From: Chamaesiphon sp.
GTDB lineage: Bacteria > Cyanobacteriota > Cyanobacteriia > Cyanobacteriales > Chamaesiphonaceae
Assembly: GCA_965246715.1 (NCBI GenBank)
Contig: CBDFFH010000021.1
Location: 96,001-160,000, forward strand
Direction of reading: 5' to 3'
DNA: 64,000 nt
Below the pieces are notes generated by a model. That model was not told where the DNA came from. It searched no databases and saw only the letters and a list, made by a program, of their open reading frames with translations. Positions 32,919-43,599 of this stretch are shown one piece after another. Position numbers and translations under genes: made by a program. How positions within the stretch are numbered: the first letter of the stretch is position 1; the number at the start of each line of letters is the position of its first letter.

Positions 32919-33016
32919 ATTACACTTGATTCTTCCGTTCTCCTTGCAGGAACCGTGCAACAAGACAGAGGAGCTAGGCGAGATCGGTCATCAGGATAAG
33001 GGAAACCCGATCGGGT

Positions 33017-33520
33017 CTAACTTTCAAACCCCTGCTGGATCTCCGCCATCACCTCAGCAGCCTCAACATCATCAATATCCAATACCGCCTGCAACTCCGT
33101 CAGGAAAGCCTGTCGATCGGTCGGCACAATGCCCGTCTCTGGGTCCATTCGCGTCAAAATCGCCGCAGCATAAGCATCGGGCACCAAATCGTCAGGGATC
33201 GCCTCATCGGCCGCATTAAACAATGCTCCCAGACCTTCATCAGTCCCGATCGCTGTCAAGCGATCGACCATTGCTAGTAAATCTTCATCTGAGTACTCTG
33301 CATATAAGTCAAAATCTGCCAGAATATCCAAGAAGAGATCGGGAGCGACCAACTCTTTCGGATTGTCTGCCAATGCTGCGATGAGTACCATTGCCGCCAA
33401 GCCTTCAGCTTCATTTAACGGTTCTTGGGCATATTCTTCGGCATTGAAGATGCTGTCATATTTTGCCATGTTCATACTTTTTCGATCGACTATCCTCTCG
33501 CTAGTCATACCAGATGCCAC
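33017..33520 (-). CDS. TerB-family (tellurite resistance-like) protein; start may be the later ATG (MAKYDSIF)
   Basis: LNEAEGLAAMVLIAALAD...FLTELQAVLDI pattern. Confidence 0.7.
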   Translation of the reverse strand: MASGMTSERIVDRKSMNMAKYDSIFNAEEYAQEPLNEAEGLAAMVLIAALADNPKELVAPDLFLDILADFDLYAEYSDEDLLAMVDRLTAIGTDEGLGALFNAADEAIPDDLVPDAYAAAILTRMDPETGIVPTDRQAFLTELQAVLDIDDVEAAEVMAEIQQGFES

Positions 33521-33559
33521 AGGTAAATGGAAGCGATAGAGATGTTCTGTAACAAAAAT

Positions 33560-33693
33560 AGGCTTTAGGGGTTAGGCTTTAGGCTTTAGGGATTGGGATT
33601 TTAGTTTGGACATGGCTCACCACCCAGCTTCATGTTCTAGGACGCTTGCGTCCCCCTAATTTCCTAAAGCCTAAAGCCCAAAGCCTAAAGCCT
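33560..33693. repeat. Inverted heptamer arrays (AGGCTTT / AAAGCCT) around a short hairpin
   Basis: aggcttt repeats 33560-33590; aaagcct repeats 33663-33693; ggacgcttgcgtcc 33640-33653. Confidence 0.8.
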
Positions 33694-33932
33694 ATCCCTA
33701 CCCCCTTGCCCATGCTTCCACCAAATGGGATGATGGTTAGCAATTGTTAAAATTAATGCAGATCTTTCTCCAGACATCAATTGTGGCACTTGCTCGTTAG
33801 ATCGATCGGAGATCGGCACAACCGAATCGCCCGCACTGCCATCAATGTAAGCATCGTTGCTGAGATCTCGAGCTGTATTTGCCTAGTGGTGCCGTGCCAC
33901 ATTTTAGCCAGTAGTTTAACCAAATATATATC

Positions 33933-35945
33933 ATGCCTGTAACCGCCCAATCTTTAGACCAACTTGCTATTAATTCAATTCGGTTTCTTGCTGTCGATGC
34001 GATCGAAAAAGCCAAGTCTGGACACCCAGGCTTACCGATGGGTGCGGCTCCCATGGCTTATGTGCTGTGGCAAAATTACATGCGTTACAATCCCAAGAAT
34101 CCGCAGTGGTTCAACCGCGATCGCTTCGTATTATCTGCGGGTCACGGTTCCATGCTTCAGTACGCCCTGTTGCATCTAACTGGCTACGATAGTGTCAGCA
34201 TCGAAGATATCAAAAACTTCCGTCAATGGGGTTCTAGCACCCCCGGACACCCCGAAAACTTTGAGACTGCTGGGATTGAAGTAACCACAGGGCCGTTGGG
34301 TCAAGGGATCGCTAACGGCGTTGGTTTGGCTGTTGCTGAAGCACATTTAGCTGCTAAATTCAACAAACCCGACGCTACCATCGTCGATCACTATACCTAT
34401 GTTATCGTCGGCGACGGTTGCAATATGGAAGGTATTTCCGGCGAAGCAGCTTCGATCGCGGGTCACTGGGGTCTGGGCAAACTGATCGTCTTGTACGATG
34501 ACAACCACATCTCGATCGATGGTTCGACTGATGTTGCCTTCACTGAAGATGTCTCGAAACGGTTTGAAGCTTACGGCTGGCATACCATCCACGTCAAAGA
34601 TGGGAACACAGACTTAGCTGCCATCTCCGCAGCCCTGGAAGAAGCCAAAAAAGTCACCGACAAACCCACGATGATTAAGGTGACGACCATCATCGGTTAT
34701 GGCTCCCCCAACAAATGCAACACTGCGGGCATCCACGGTGCGGCACTAGGTACCGACGAAGTAAAACTCACCCGCGAAAACCTCGGCTGGGAATACGCTC
34801 CCTTTGAATTACCCGCCGATGCTGTCGCTCACATGCGCGAAGCGATCGATCGTGGTGCCAAATATGAAGGGGAATGGGAAGCAACTTTAGCTACCTACAA
34901 ATCTAAATATCCTCAAGAAGCTGCTGAGTTTGAAAGTCTGATTTCTCGCAAACTCCCTGCTGGTTGGGATAGCGTCTTACCTACCTACACGCCTGCAGAT
35001 AGCGCCGTAGCTTCCCGCAAACACTCCGAAATCTGCCTGAATAAACTCGCTCCAGTTTTACCTGGTTTGATGGGTGGTTCGGCTGACTTAACTCACTCCA
35101 ACCTCACCGAACTCAAAGGTTTAGGTGACTTCCAAAAAGGCGCATTCCAAAATCGCAACGTCCACTTCGGCGTGCGCGAACATGCAATGGGTGCGATCTG
35201 TAATGGGATGGCACTCCACAACACTGGCTTGATTCCTTACGGGGCGACTTTCCTGATCTTCACCGACTATATGCGCGCGGCAATTCGCCTCTCGGCATTA
35301 TCTCAAGTTGGTGTCCTGTGGGTGATGACTCACGATTCGATCGGTCAAGGTGAAGATGGCCCCACGCACCAACCGATCGAAACGATCGCCTCCTTACGTG
35401 CGATCCCTAACCTGACAGTAATCCGTCCCGCCGATGGTAACGAAACTTCCGGTGCGTACAAAGTCGCGATCGAGTTAGCCAACAAGCAAGCGCCTACACT
35501 ATTAGCATTATCCCGTCAAAATCTTCCCAACTTAGCTGGGACTTCGATCGCGGGTGTTGCTAAAGGTGCATACACGATCGTTGACTCCCAAGGTACTCCC
35601 GACATCATCCTGATCGGTACTGGTTCCGAAGTCAGCCTGTGTGTCACCGCCGCTGAAAAACTCACCGCAGAAGGCAAAAAAGTCCGCGTTGTCTCGATGC
35701 CTTCATGGGAATTATTCGACGCTCAAGATGCCGCTTACCAAGAATCCGTCTTCCCCAAAGCCGTGACCAAACGCGTCGCTGTCGAAGCTGCTTGCAGCAT
35801 GGGTTGGCACCGTTTCGTCGGTATGGACGGCGGTTTAGTCACAGTCGATCGTTTCGGGGCTTCGGCTCCTGGTGGCGTAGTGATGGAGAAATATGGCTTC
35901 ACTGTTGATAACGTTGTTGCTACTGCCAAGAAAGTTTTAGGTTAA
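33933..35945 (+). CDS. tkt: Transketolase
   Basis: [41 protein letters not shown]. Confidence 0.98.
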   Translation: MPVTAQSLDQLAINSIRFLAVDAIEKAKSGHPGLPMGAAPMAYVLWQNYMRYNPKNPQWFNRDRFVLSAGHGSMLQYALLHLTGYDSVSIEDIKNFRQWGSSTPGHPENFETAGIEVTTGPLGQGIANGVGLAVAEAHLAAKFNKPDATIVDHYTYVIVGDGCNMEGISGEAASIAGHWGLGKLIVLYDDNHISIDGSTDVAFTEDVSKRFEAYGWHTIHVKDGNTDLAAISAALEEAKKVTDKPTMIKVTTIIGYGSPNKCNTAGIHGAALGTDEVKLTRENLGWEYAPFELPADAVAHMREAIDRGAKYEGEWEATLATYKSKYPQEAAEFESLISRKLPAGWDSVLPTYTPADSAVASRKHSEICLNKLAPVLPGLMGGSADLTHSNLTELKGLGDFQKGAFQNRNVHFGVREHAMGAICNGMALHNTGLIPYGATFLIFTDYMRAAIRLSALSQVGVLWVMTHDSIGQGEDGPTHQPIETIASLRAIPNLTVIRPADGNETSGAYKVAIELANKQAPTLLALSRQNLPNLAGTSIAGVAKGAYTIVDSQGTPDIILIGTGSEVSLCVTAAEKLTAEGKKVRVVSMPSWELFDAQDAAYQESVFPKAVTKRVAVEAACSMGWHRFVGMDGGLVTVDRFGASAPGGVVMEKYGFTVDNVVATAKKVLG

Positions 35946-35971
35946 ATTGTTAACCAACTAAATTGAGATCT

Positions 35972-36000
35972 AAAGGTGGGCTATATGCTCACCTTTTTTT
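35972..36000 (+). terminator. Intrinsic terminator of tkt
   Basis: aaaggtgggc-tatat-gctcacc followed by T-tract. Confidence 0.8.
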
Positions 36001-36048
36001 AGCACTTAAATTTAGCTAAAATGTATGGTACCTATTATTAGCCAAACT

Positions 36049-36170
36049 ATGACTTTCAGCGATTTAGTCGAAACTGTCAAAGATTTGTCGCTCGATGAGA
36101 AACAACAATTGCAAATGCTGTTACAACAATATCTCAGAGAAGAGCGGCGCGAAGAAATATATAAAAATTT
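36049..36170 (+). pseudogene. 5' part of a small antitoxin-like protein, truncated by a MITE
   Basis: MTFSDLVETVKDLSLDEKQQLQMLLQQYLREERREEIYKN runs into the MITE end. Confidence 0.55.
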
Positions 36171-36301
36171 GGCTCTCCAGCAGTTATGGTGATAATTTAA
36201 AGTTATCACTTATAGAATCCTTGCTATGTAGGGATTCTACGTTAATATCAGAAATGAAGCGCTCGTCTTAGCCCCATTTCCCCCATACATCCACGAGAGC
36301 C
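36171..36301. mobile_element. ISL3-type MITE (131 bp)
   Basis: GGCTCTC...GAGAGCC ends; both ends homologous to 14948-15449; no TSD seen. Confidence 0.7.
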
Positions 36302-36421
36302 TTGTGGCTATGCTCACGGCTGCAAGCCAGGTGATTAATGCACTTCATCATTAAAATTCTCAAAACAATATTTAGGAGCTTTCGGAAACCCAATTTCTTT
36401 AAAGAAGTCGGGTTTCTTGCC

Positions 36422-38104
36422 TCACAAGGGATGCTCGGATCGATCGAGATCTGGAATTAGCTCATCCAAGATCCGAAAGCGAATATGGTTGATGGCTAAA
36501 TCTCCTAATGAGAAATTTTCCGGCTTGTTATCGGCTTTCATTTTGGTAAAAGAGATCCCCTTGCCGATTTCGGTGTGGTACCAGGATAAACCCATAAAAA
36601 ATCGCTGAGGATATGGCCCACGTTCGATCGTATCGTCCACATTCGATTCCATCGGCAACCAACCGATCCCAGGGACATAAAACTCGATCCAGACATGGTT
36701 AAAATCGGGTTCTAGGGGTAGGTAACGTCGATCGGCATAGGGAGGACATTTGTAACGTCCGATCGTCCGACAGGCAATGCCATTGAGGCGGGCGAGGGCG
36801 AGTAAGATGCCCACATATTCACCACAGGAACCAGTACCGCGCGACAGGGCGATATCTGGGGTATCGATCTTGGGCTGAATACCATAGGACATGCGATCGT
36901 AAACATAGTTACGAATTTTGAGCATCTTTCGCAGCACGTTTGTCTCAGTGCCGACTGCTTCTTTTGCCGCTTGACGGATCGTGTCTGTGTCCATCGCCAA
37001 TTCATCGTCATCGACCAAGTAACGTTGGGCGAATTCGACTGGGAGGGTTAAACTCGCATCGATATCGTTAGGTTCTAAATGATACTTCAGGCCATACATT
37101 TCAACTATTACTTTCCAGCCAAGTAGTCCGCTTTGATGTGGTAACAGTCGATCGAATTTAAATACGGCAACTTTTTGCCCATCCTGTTCTTCGATCGTAC
37201 ACTCGCGACCGATCGGTTCGATGTGGCGAATCCGCTGGCGGAGTGTTTCCGATGGCAGGGCAATCCGCCATTCGACGTTATCGAGCGTGACAGCATCGAG
37301 TGGTAGTAATTCTTCTGCGTAGGAAAATTCGACTAAATAACCATTAGAAAGCGTGTAACGTTCTGTGGGATTGTGGTGAATATATAGCGGGTGAATGAAG
37401 GTGCGATCGCGAAATGTCAGTTGGAACGGGTTCTTGGAATTTGGATCGTCACGAATGTATGGTTCTTCATCGGCATAGACAACATAGCAAGTTGGCTCTA
37501 CTGCCTCTGTAGCTGAATAAAATCCAATTCCAGTTGGCGAGCTAAATGGTGTCAGAGCACTGTACTGAATCGCTCCGGTAGTGCGATCGAGGCAATAGAC
37601 GGTTTGCTCCTGGCGATCGCAAACCCATAATGCATTACCAAGCAGTGTCAGGGTTTCCGTCCCGACACCAGGTTGTGAAAATCTACCGATTTCTTTGCCC
37701 GTATCGCGATCGAATGTATAGATATATCCAGCTTTCTGACAACTGACATATACCATTGCTTCCCAGACTGCTATCCCTGTTACTGGATAGGGAAGCCGTG
37801 TAAATACTGTTGGTGTGAGGGTTTGGCGGTCGCACCACAACACCTCTTGTCCTTTTGCAAACCAGAACTTATCTCGATCCAGAGCGATCCCAGTTACCCC
37901 TAGCCAATCTGCAACGTGATGCGGGTTGAGGACGATCGAGTTATTGGTAAGGGGATCGATCGACATCAAATAGCCCCGTACCGTATCCACACTGAGGAAT
38001 CGATTGCTATCGATCGCGAGTCCTGACAAGGCATAAACACCGATCGGGCGAATGGTTGAATGCTGGGATGCAGCATCTGAAAACCCGCATTCAGACTTCG
38101 GCAT
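36422..38104 (-). CDS. Transglutaminase-like domain protein with N-terminal beta-propeller
   Basis: GSCGEY catalytic Cys; NHVWIEFY..GIGW. Confidence 0.88.
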   Translation of the reverse strand: MPKSECGFSDAASQHSTIRPIGVYALSGLAIDSNRFLSVDTVRGYLMSIDPLTNNSIVLNPHHVADWLGVTGIALDRDKFWFAKGQEVLWCDRQTLTPTVFTRLPYPVTGIAVWEAMVYVSCQKAGYIYTFDRDTGKEIGRFSQPGVGTETLTLLGNALWVCDRQEQTVYCLDRTTGAIQYSALTPFSSPTGIGFYSATEAVEPTCYVVYADEEPYIRDDPNSKNPFQLTFRDRTFIHPLYIHHNPTERYTLSNGYLVEFSYAEELLPLDAVTLDNVEWRIALPSETLRQRIRHIEPIGRECTIEEQDGQKVAVFKFDRLLPHQSGLLGWKVIVEMYGLKYHLEPNDIDASLTLPVEFAQRYLVDDDELAMDTDTIRQAAKEAVGTETNVLRKMLKIRNYVYDRMSYGIQPKIDTPDIALSRGTGSCGEYVGILLALARLNGIACRTIGRYKCPPYADRRYLPLEPDFNHVWIEFYVPGIGWLPMESNVDDTIERGPYPQRFFMGLSWYHTEIGKGISFTKMKADNKPENFSLGDLAINHIRFRILDELIPDLDRSEHPL

Positions 38105-38258
38105 AAATTAACTGCTCGCGACGTTGACCGACTATTGATGTCTCTTATATTAACATCTCGCTCGTTCTCTATGCGCGCTAAAATTATTTGCCGGCTCTAG
38201 TTTTCAGCTTCAGAGTCAGATTATACTTGGATGCTAAGTCCTTTATCTCGACTTCCAA

Positions 38259-38483
38259 ATGAAAGTTTTGTATGACCCAGACAATGATATTTTACAAATT
38301 ACTTTAATCGATACCACCGTTGAAGAAACAGCTCAAATAGCGCCAGGATTGGTGTTGGATTATGACGTAGATGGCAATGTCATCGGACTGGAACTCAGAA
38401 AAGCTTCGACAAAGGTGGATAGCCCCTATGCTATTTCCTATCTCGTTGGTGAAGCAAACTTTGATAAGCCCCAGCTCAAATAA
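38259..38483 (+). CDS. DUF2283 domain protein
   Basis: MKVLYDPDNDIL...LDYDVDGNVIGLEL. Confidence 0.85.
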   Translation: MKVLYDPDNDILQITLIDTTVEETAQIAPGLVLDYDVDGNVIGLELRKASTKVDSPYAISYLVGEANFDKPQLK

Positions 38484-38502
38484 AGGTTAGGCTCGCTAGA
38501 TC

Positions 38503-38724
38503 TCAATCATTAACCCAACATTCTGTGCCGACTAAATCGGTGATGTGGTCTCGCAATAAATATTCGTGCAGGTTGAGTAGCTGCTCGGCGTTGTGCCATG
38601 CGCGATCGCCAAAATATCCCCTCAACTCATAGATCCGTTGTTGACGACCCACCACTCCACGTGTCACTAGAGCACGTATTTCATCTTGAAAATCAGCGAT
38701 CGAGTATTTTTCGATGACTAGCAT
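38503..38724 (-). CDS. DUF4327 family protein
   Basis: YSIADFQDEIRALV...IYEL...LLRDHITDLVG..W.ND. Confidence 0.8.
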   Translation of the reverse strand: MLVIEKYSIADFQDEIRALVTRGVVGRQQRIYELRGYFGDRAWHNAEQLLNLHEYLLRDHITDLVGTECWVND

Positions 38725-38862
38725 ATTTGTTTTCCCGCAGAGGAATTGAAATAATATTTTGATAGAGCAAACAGATGTTCGATCGATTCAATCCGTAAAT
38801 GTATCATGATTAGACTGATTTGACGGATCTGAATGAAGTCTGCACGCTTTATATTGATAACT

Positions 38863-38876
38863 GTATTGTAAGCTAC
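38863..38876. promoter_or_regulatory. Candidate NtcA site between divergent DUF4327 and argZ
   Basis: GTA-ttgtaagc-TAC; no canonically spaced -10 seen. Confidence 0.5.
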
Positions 38877-39178
38877 TAATCCCCAAAAAGATTGCGTGAA
38901 TTCACTATTTTATGAAAATTAAATAGTATCGCTCTCAAAGACAAGTTAAATTGATTGAGATCGGCAGGATTTAGGATGTTAGATGCCAATTAAATTATTC
39001 GATCGGAGGATGTTAAAATATTCGCATAGAAAATTTAGCACGATCGCGCTCGATCGCTATAGATTTTGCTCCAGAATCGGAATGCTTCAGACACCGACAA
39101 TCGATCGTCAAGGCATTAAGATATCGTGATGCCATAAGATCGCATCGCCAGCCCCATTCAATAAATCTTGATTTAAAC

Positions 39179-41281
39179 ATGATTGATACAGTGCGAATCT
39201 TGATGTGTGCTCCGCACCATTACGACGTTGATTACGTGATTAATCCGTGGATGGAAGGTAATATTCATCGCTCGTCGCGGGATCTAGCAGAAGCGCAATG
39301 GAATCAGCTTTATGAAGTACTAAAAACTTATGCGACGATCGATCTGGTCGAACCTCAACCAGGATGGCCAGATATGGTATTTGCAGCCAATGCGGGCTTG
39401 ATATTGGGCGATGCAGTCGTCCTCAGCCGCTTTTTCCACCCCGAGCGTCAGGGTGAAGAGCAATATTTTCAACAATGGTTTGAATCGCAGGGCTACACGG
39501 TGCATCTGCTACCCAAAAGTTTGCCGTTTGAAGGCGCGGGGGATGCGCTGCTAGATCGATCGGGTGGCTGGTTGTGGGCGGGTTATGGCTTTCGATCGGA
39601 ACTCGATTCTCACCCTTATTTAGCCAAGTGGTTGGACGTTGAGGTGTTGTCCCTCAGACTGGTGGATCGGCGGTTTTATCACCTCGACACCTGTTTTTGT
39701 CCGCTGACGGATGGTTATCTGTTGTATTACCCTGCGGCATTCGATACTTATTCCAATCGCACGATCGAATTGCGGGTGCCAGCAGAAAAACGTATTCCGA
39801 TAAACGAAGTGGATGCGATCGAGTTTGCCTGCAATACGGTGAATATCGGTCGAGTGGTGGTAATGAATAAAGCCAGCGACTCGCTCAAGCAGATCTTGCA
39901 GGAGCGCGGTTTTACAGTCGTCGAAACGCCACTAACAGAATTTCTGAAAGCTGGTGGAGCGGCGAAGTGTTTGACCCTAAGGGTAACAGAATCGCGGGCA
40001 GTGGCTCCCCATGCCTCAGCGTTGCAAAGCCGGACGATCTCACTCGAAGGTCACTTATTAGATTCTGGCCTGGTAAATCGCGCGCTAGATACGATCGTCG
40101 CAGGGGGCGGCAGTTTTCAAGTCCTGAACTTCAAGCTCGGCGAGCAACGCCTGGATACTTCAGTAGCAGAGGTCAAAGTCTCTGCACCAGATCCGGCAGT
40201 GATGGCCGATATTATGGGACAATTGATCGACCTAGGTGCGGAGAGCGTACCCGAGGAAACCTCCGCAGCGCATTTAGAGGCAGTGATTCAGCCTGGTGTC
40301 GCGCCTGATGATTTTTATGCGACAACGATCTATCCTACGGAAGTATCGATCGACGGGCAATGGGTAAAAGTCCGCGAACAACGCATGGATGGTGCGATCG
40401 CGGTGACACAGACCCCCGACGGTGCAGTCGCTCGCTGTAAGCTGTTGCGCGAGCTTCAGCTCGGTGAATCTGTAGTAGTCGGCAGCGAAGGCATCCGTAC
40501 CAAACGGAATACCACGACGCTCAAGCAGAGCGCGACCGAAGAATTCAGCTTCATGGGCGCAGGAGTTTCCAGCGAGCGGCGGGTAGAACTAGTCGTCGAA
40601 CAAATTGCCTGGGACTTGCGCCGCATTAGGGATCGAGGCGGTAAAGTCGCGATCGTCGCTGGGCCAGTGGTGATTCATACTGGTGGTAGCGAACACTTAA
40701 ACAAATTGATTCGGGAGGGTTACGTCCACGCGCTACTTGGGGGCAATGCGATCGCGGTTCACGATATCGAGCAGTCGCTAATGGGTACTTCGCTCGGTGT
40801 CGATATGCAACGGGGGGTGTCCGTGCATGGCGGTCATCGCCATCACCTCAAGGCGATCAATACGATCCGCCGCTGCGGTAGCATCGCCAAAGCAGTCGAA
40901 CAGGGGGTACTGCGGAGCGGTGTGATGTATGAATGCGTCAAAAATAATGTTCCGTTCTCGCTAGCCGGATCGATTCGGGATGATGGCCCACTCCCAGATA
41001 CCAAGATGGATCTGATCGAAGCCCAAAAAGAATATGCTCGGTTAATTGAAGGTGCCGACCTGATCTTGATGCTATCGAGTATGTTGCACTCGATCGGGGT
41101 GGGAAATATGACTCCAGCAGGGGTGAAAATGGTCTGTGTAGATATCAATCCGGCGGTAGTGACCAAACTCAGCGATCGTGGCTCGATCGAGTCGATCGGG
41201 GTTGTAACGGATGTCGGGTTGTTTCTGAGTCTATTGGTGCAACAACTCAACAAACTAACTGGAACATACGATCGGGTTTAA
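39179..41281 (+). CDS. argZ: Bifunctional arginine dihydrolase / ornithine cyclodeaminase (ArgZ/AgrE)
   Basis: Amidinotransferase-fold N-terminus (INPWM, DMVFAAN, YHLDTCF, GGAAKCL) fused to LOR/SDH-like C-terminus (GNAIAVHDIE, AGSIRDDGP). Confidence 0.93.
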   Translation: MIDTVRILMCAPHHYDVDYVINPWMEGNIHRSSRDLAEAQWNQLYEVLKTYATIDLVEPQPGWPDMVFAANAGLILGDAVVLSRFFHPERQGEEQYFQQWFESQGYTVHLLPKSLPFEGAGDALLDRSGGWLWAGYGFRSELDSHPYLAKWLDVEVLSLRLVDRRFYHLDTCFCPLTDGYLLYYPAAFDTYSNRTIELRVPAEKRIPINEVDAIEFACNTVNIGRVVVMNKASDSLKQILQERGFTVVETPLTEFLKAGGAAKCLTLRVTESRAVAPHASALQSRTISLEGHLLDSGLVNRALDTIVAGGGSFQVLNFKLGEQRLDTSVAEVKVSAPDPAVMADIMGQLIDLGAESVPEETSAAHLEAVIQPGVAPDDFYATTIYPTEVSIDGQWVKVREQRMDGAIAVTQTPDGAVARCKLLRELQLGESVVVGSEGIRTKRNTTTLKQSATEEFSFMGAGVSSERRVELVVEQIAWDLRRIRDRGGKVAIVAGPVVIHTGGSEHLNKLIREGYVHALLGGNAIAVHDIEQSLMGTSLGVDMQRGVSVHGGHRHHLKAINTIRRCGSIAKAVEQGVLRSGVMYECVKNNVPFSLAGSIRDDGPLPDTKMDLIEAQKEYARLIEGADLILMLSSMLHSIGVGNMTPAGVKMVCVDINPAVVTKLSDRGSIESIGVVTDVGLFLSLLVQQLNKLTGTYDRV

Positions 41282-41292
41282 TTTACTTCTTT

Positions 41293-41319
41293 TACTCGAT
41301 CGACACCATCGATCGAGTA
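41293..41319 (+). terminator. Hairpin terminator after argZ
   Basis: tactcgatcga-cacca-tcgatcgagta, perfect 11-bp stem. Confidence 0.6.
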
Positions 41320-41435
41320 TTTGGTTAATGGTGTTGATTCAGATTATCGATCGCGGCTAGATATTTAGATGTCTGAGTAGCGCATCATCGATAAGCGGAC
41401 AGGCGTTCAAATCGATCGTTCGATCGTCGATTATT

Positions 41436-41484
41436 AAGCTCGCAAATAATTCTCAAATATTTGCTATGACTAGCCACTAGCCAC
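41436..41484 (+). repeat. 49-bp dispersed repeat ending in TAGCCAC heptamers
   Basis: 45/49 identical to 63013-63061. Confidence 0.8.
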
Positions 41485-42119
41485 AAACAAGTCTGAAGAC
41501 TCCGAGCTTAAACTTGCAGTTTTAATTGATGCTGACAACACTCAAGCTGCAATTATCAAAAATTTATTAGAAGAGATTGCTAAATTTGGAGTTGCCAGTG
41601 TCAAGCGAATTTACGGAGACTGGACGCAACCTCAGTTAAGTACTTGGAAAAAGGTATTACTCGAACTTTCGATCCAGCCAGTACAGCAGTTTGCTTATAC
41701 CAAAGGTAAAAATGCTACCGATAGTGCATTAATTATCGATGCCATGGATTTGTTATATACCAGACGATTTGATGGATTTTGTTTGGTTTCTAGCGATAGT
41801 GATTTTACGCGCCTTACCGCTAGATTGAGAGAGGAAGGCCTGACTGTCTATGGATTTGGTGAGAAAAAAACGCCAGAGCCATTTGTCGCTGCCTGCGATA
41901 AATTTATCTATACAGAATTATTACGTCCGATCGAAGAACTAAAGACAAATCCAGAATTATCAGATTCTTCAAAAGTGTCTAGCAATGAAAATGTTCCAAT
42001 CGACCTAATCGTCAAAGCTGTCGATGACGTTTTTGAAGATAATGGTTGGGCACATCTAGGTAGCGTAGGAAGCAATATTAACAAAATTTGACCAGAATTC
42101 GATCCAAGATTGTATGGAC

Positions 42120-43599
42120 TACCCCTGTTAAGGTGACAAAAGCATGACTAAGTAGTGAGGAGCCGAAAAGTAGCAATATGAGGATGTTTGGGGTCATACT
42201 TCTTCTTTGTGGGCGGCTTTTTTGCTCCTCGTGGGGACGACAAGAAACGTTTGAGATTCACATGACTTGCACATGCTCGCAAAAACTCCGCTAACAAAAG
42301 CACACTCATGTGTGCAAAAGGTTGCCAATCCTCAGCACAGATCGCAATCTCCATCCCTCGAAAAGTTGACTGGACTTCTTCAACCACATAATAATTGGAT
42401 AAGCTCGACTCAATTTTTCCGGCACCATGAACATCTTTAAGCGCAGCTTTAACCGTAGATAGAATGTTAAACGCCATCAGTGCTATACAAAAAACGCACA
42501 ATGCCGCTTTGGGATAACCCAATGTCTTGAGTTCACAATTAAAAGTATCAGTAATAACTTGGAACATCTGTTCGATTTGCCATCGATTGAGGTAAAGATC
42601 TGCCACCATGATGGCTGTCACCTCTGTCTGAGGCAAATTAGTTAACACTGTTACTTGTAAATCGCCATGACGAGTTGAGTGTTTCAGTTGAATCGTCACT
42701 CGGCGGACAAAAAGACCACTATCGAGTCGAACCTGTTGCTCGAAAATAGTGCCACTGTCATTTTGCCCAACTGCCAATCTTGGTGTTATTTCCGTCCATT
42801 TCAAACCCAGGTGCTCTCGAATCACAAAACTGGCTCCATGTGTACTAATACCAGTCAAAAAGTCCTTGGTGCAAAAATTCCGGTCAGCAATCCATACTTG
42901 CCCTGCTTTGACCGTTTCGAGCACTAATGGTAGCAACGATCGCTCTTGAGCGTGAGCATCTTCTTCTGGAAATACATCCACGACCATTTCTCGCTGCGGG
43001 TCTAGTACCGCGATTGCTTGTCCTGGCAAGGCTCCTGCAACTTCTGGTCGTAATACCTTTAGTCGATGTTCTGTGCCCCCGATATGATTCCCATCAATGA
43101 TTCTGACTTCGGATCCTGGTAAGACGACCTTAATTGCTTGAGTAAATTCTGTGACTACTGAGGAAAGTTGTTCGCCACTATACCGCACCAATGCCTGAGA
43201 CAAATTAGGTTCTAGCCCATTGATTTTGGCATACAAGGATACTTTCGACACCCCCACTACTTTCTCGAATGCTTTGTAAGCGGCACCCACTGATGGATAA
43301 ATTCCGCAGACGACTAAGCTCATGATTCCGACTACGTTTGAGAATAAGAGTTCTCTGGTGTACTGCCGCTCGGCAGTGTCTTCAAACAACCGCTCTAGTT
43401 GCTCTGTGGCAAAGATTCTTTCCATAATTGCTCTTACCATCACTGTCAAAGGTGTCTGTTCTACAAATCTCTCAAAGATGTCACTAATCATCTTCAATTC
43501 CCTCACTCTGCTTAGGTTTTCAGCTTTCGAGTCAGATTATACTCGGCTTTTATGCCCTTTGAGACTCTACCAGTACAACAGCTCACCTTAACAGGGGTA
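42120..43599 (-). mobile_element. IS4-family insertion sequence, 1480 bp
   Basis: Perfect 17-bp TIR tacccctgttaaggtga; TSD ttgtatggac at 42110-19 and 43600-09; few CGATCG sites. Confidence 0.93.
42148..43506 (-). CDS. IS4-family DDE transposase
   Basis: IIDGN, WIADRNF, YLNRWQIEQMF (YREK-like). Confidence 0.92.
   Translation of the reverse strand: MRELKMISDIFERFVEQTPLTVMVRAIMERIFATEQLERLFEDTAERQYTRELLFSNVVGIMSLVVCGIYPSVGAAYKAFEKVVGVSKVSLYAKINGLEPNLSQALVRYSGEQLSSVVTEFTQAIKVVLPGSEVRIIDGNHIGGTEHRLKVLRPEVAGALPGQAIAVLDPQREMVVDVFPEEDAHAQERSLLPLVLETVKAGQVWIADRNFCTKDFLTGISTHGASFVIREHLGLKWTEITPRLAVGQNDSGTIFEQQVRLDSGLFVRRVTIQLKHSTRHGDLQVTVLTNLPQTEVTAIMVADLYLNRWQIEQMFQVITDTFNCELKTLGYPKAALCVFCIALMAFNILSTVKAALKDVHGAGKIESSLSNYYVVEEVQSTFRGMEIAICAEDWQPFAHMSVLLLAEFLRACASHVNLKRFLSSPRGAKKPPTKKKYDPKHPHIATFRLLTT

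Noticed and set aside
33933..35945. C-rich stretches in tkt
   Set aside because: Consistent with ordinary high-expression codon bias (C/T-ending); not centred on a repeat.
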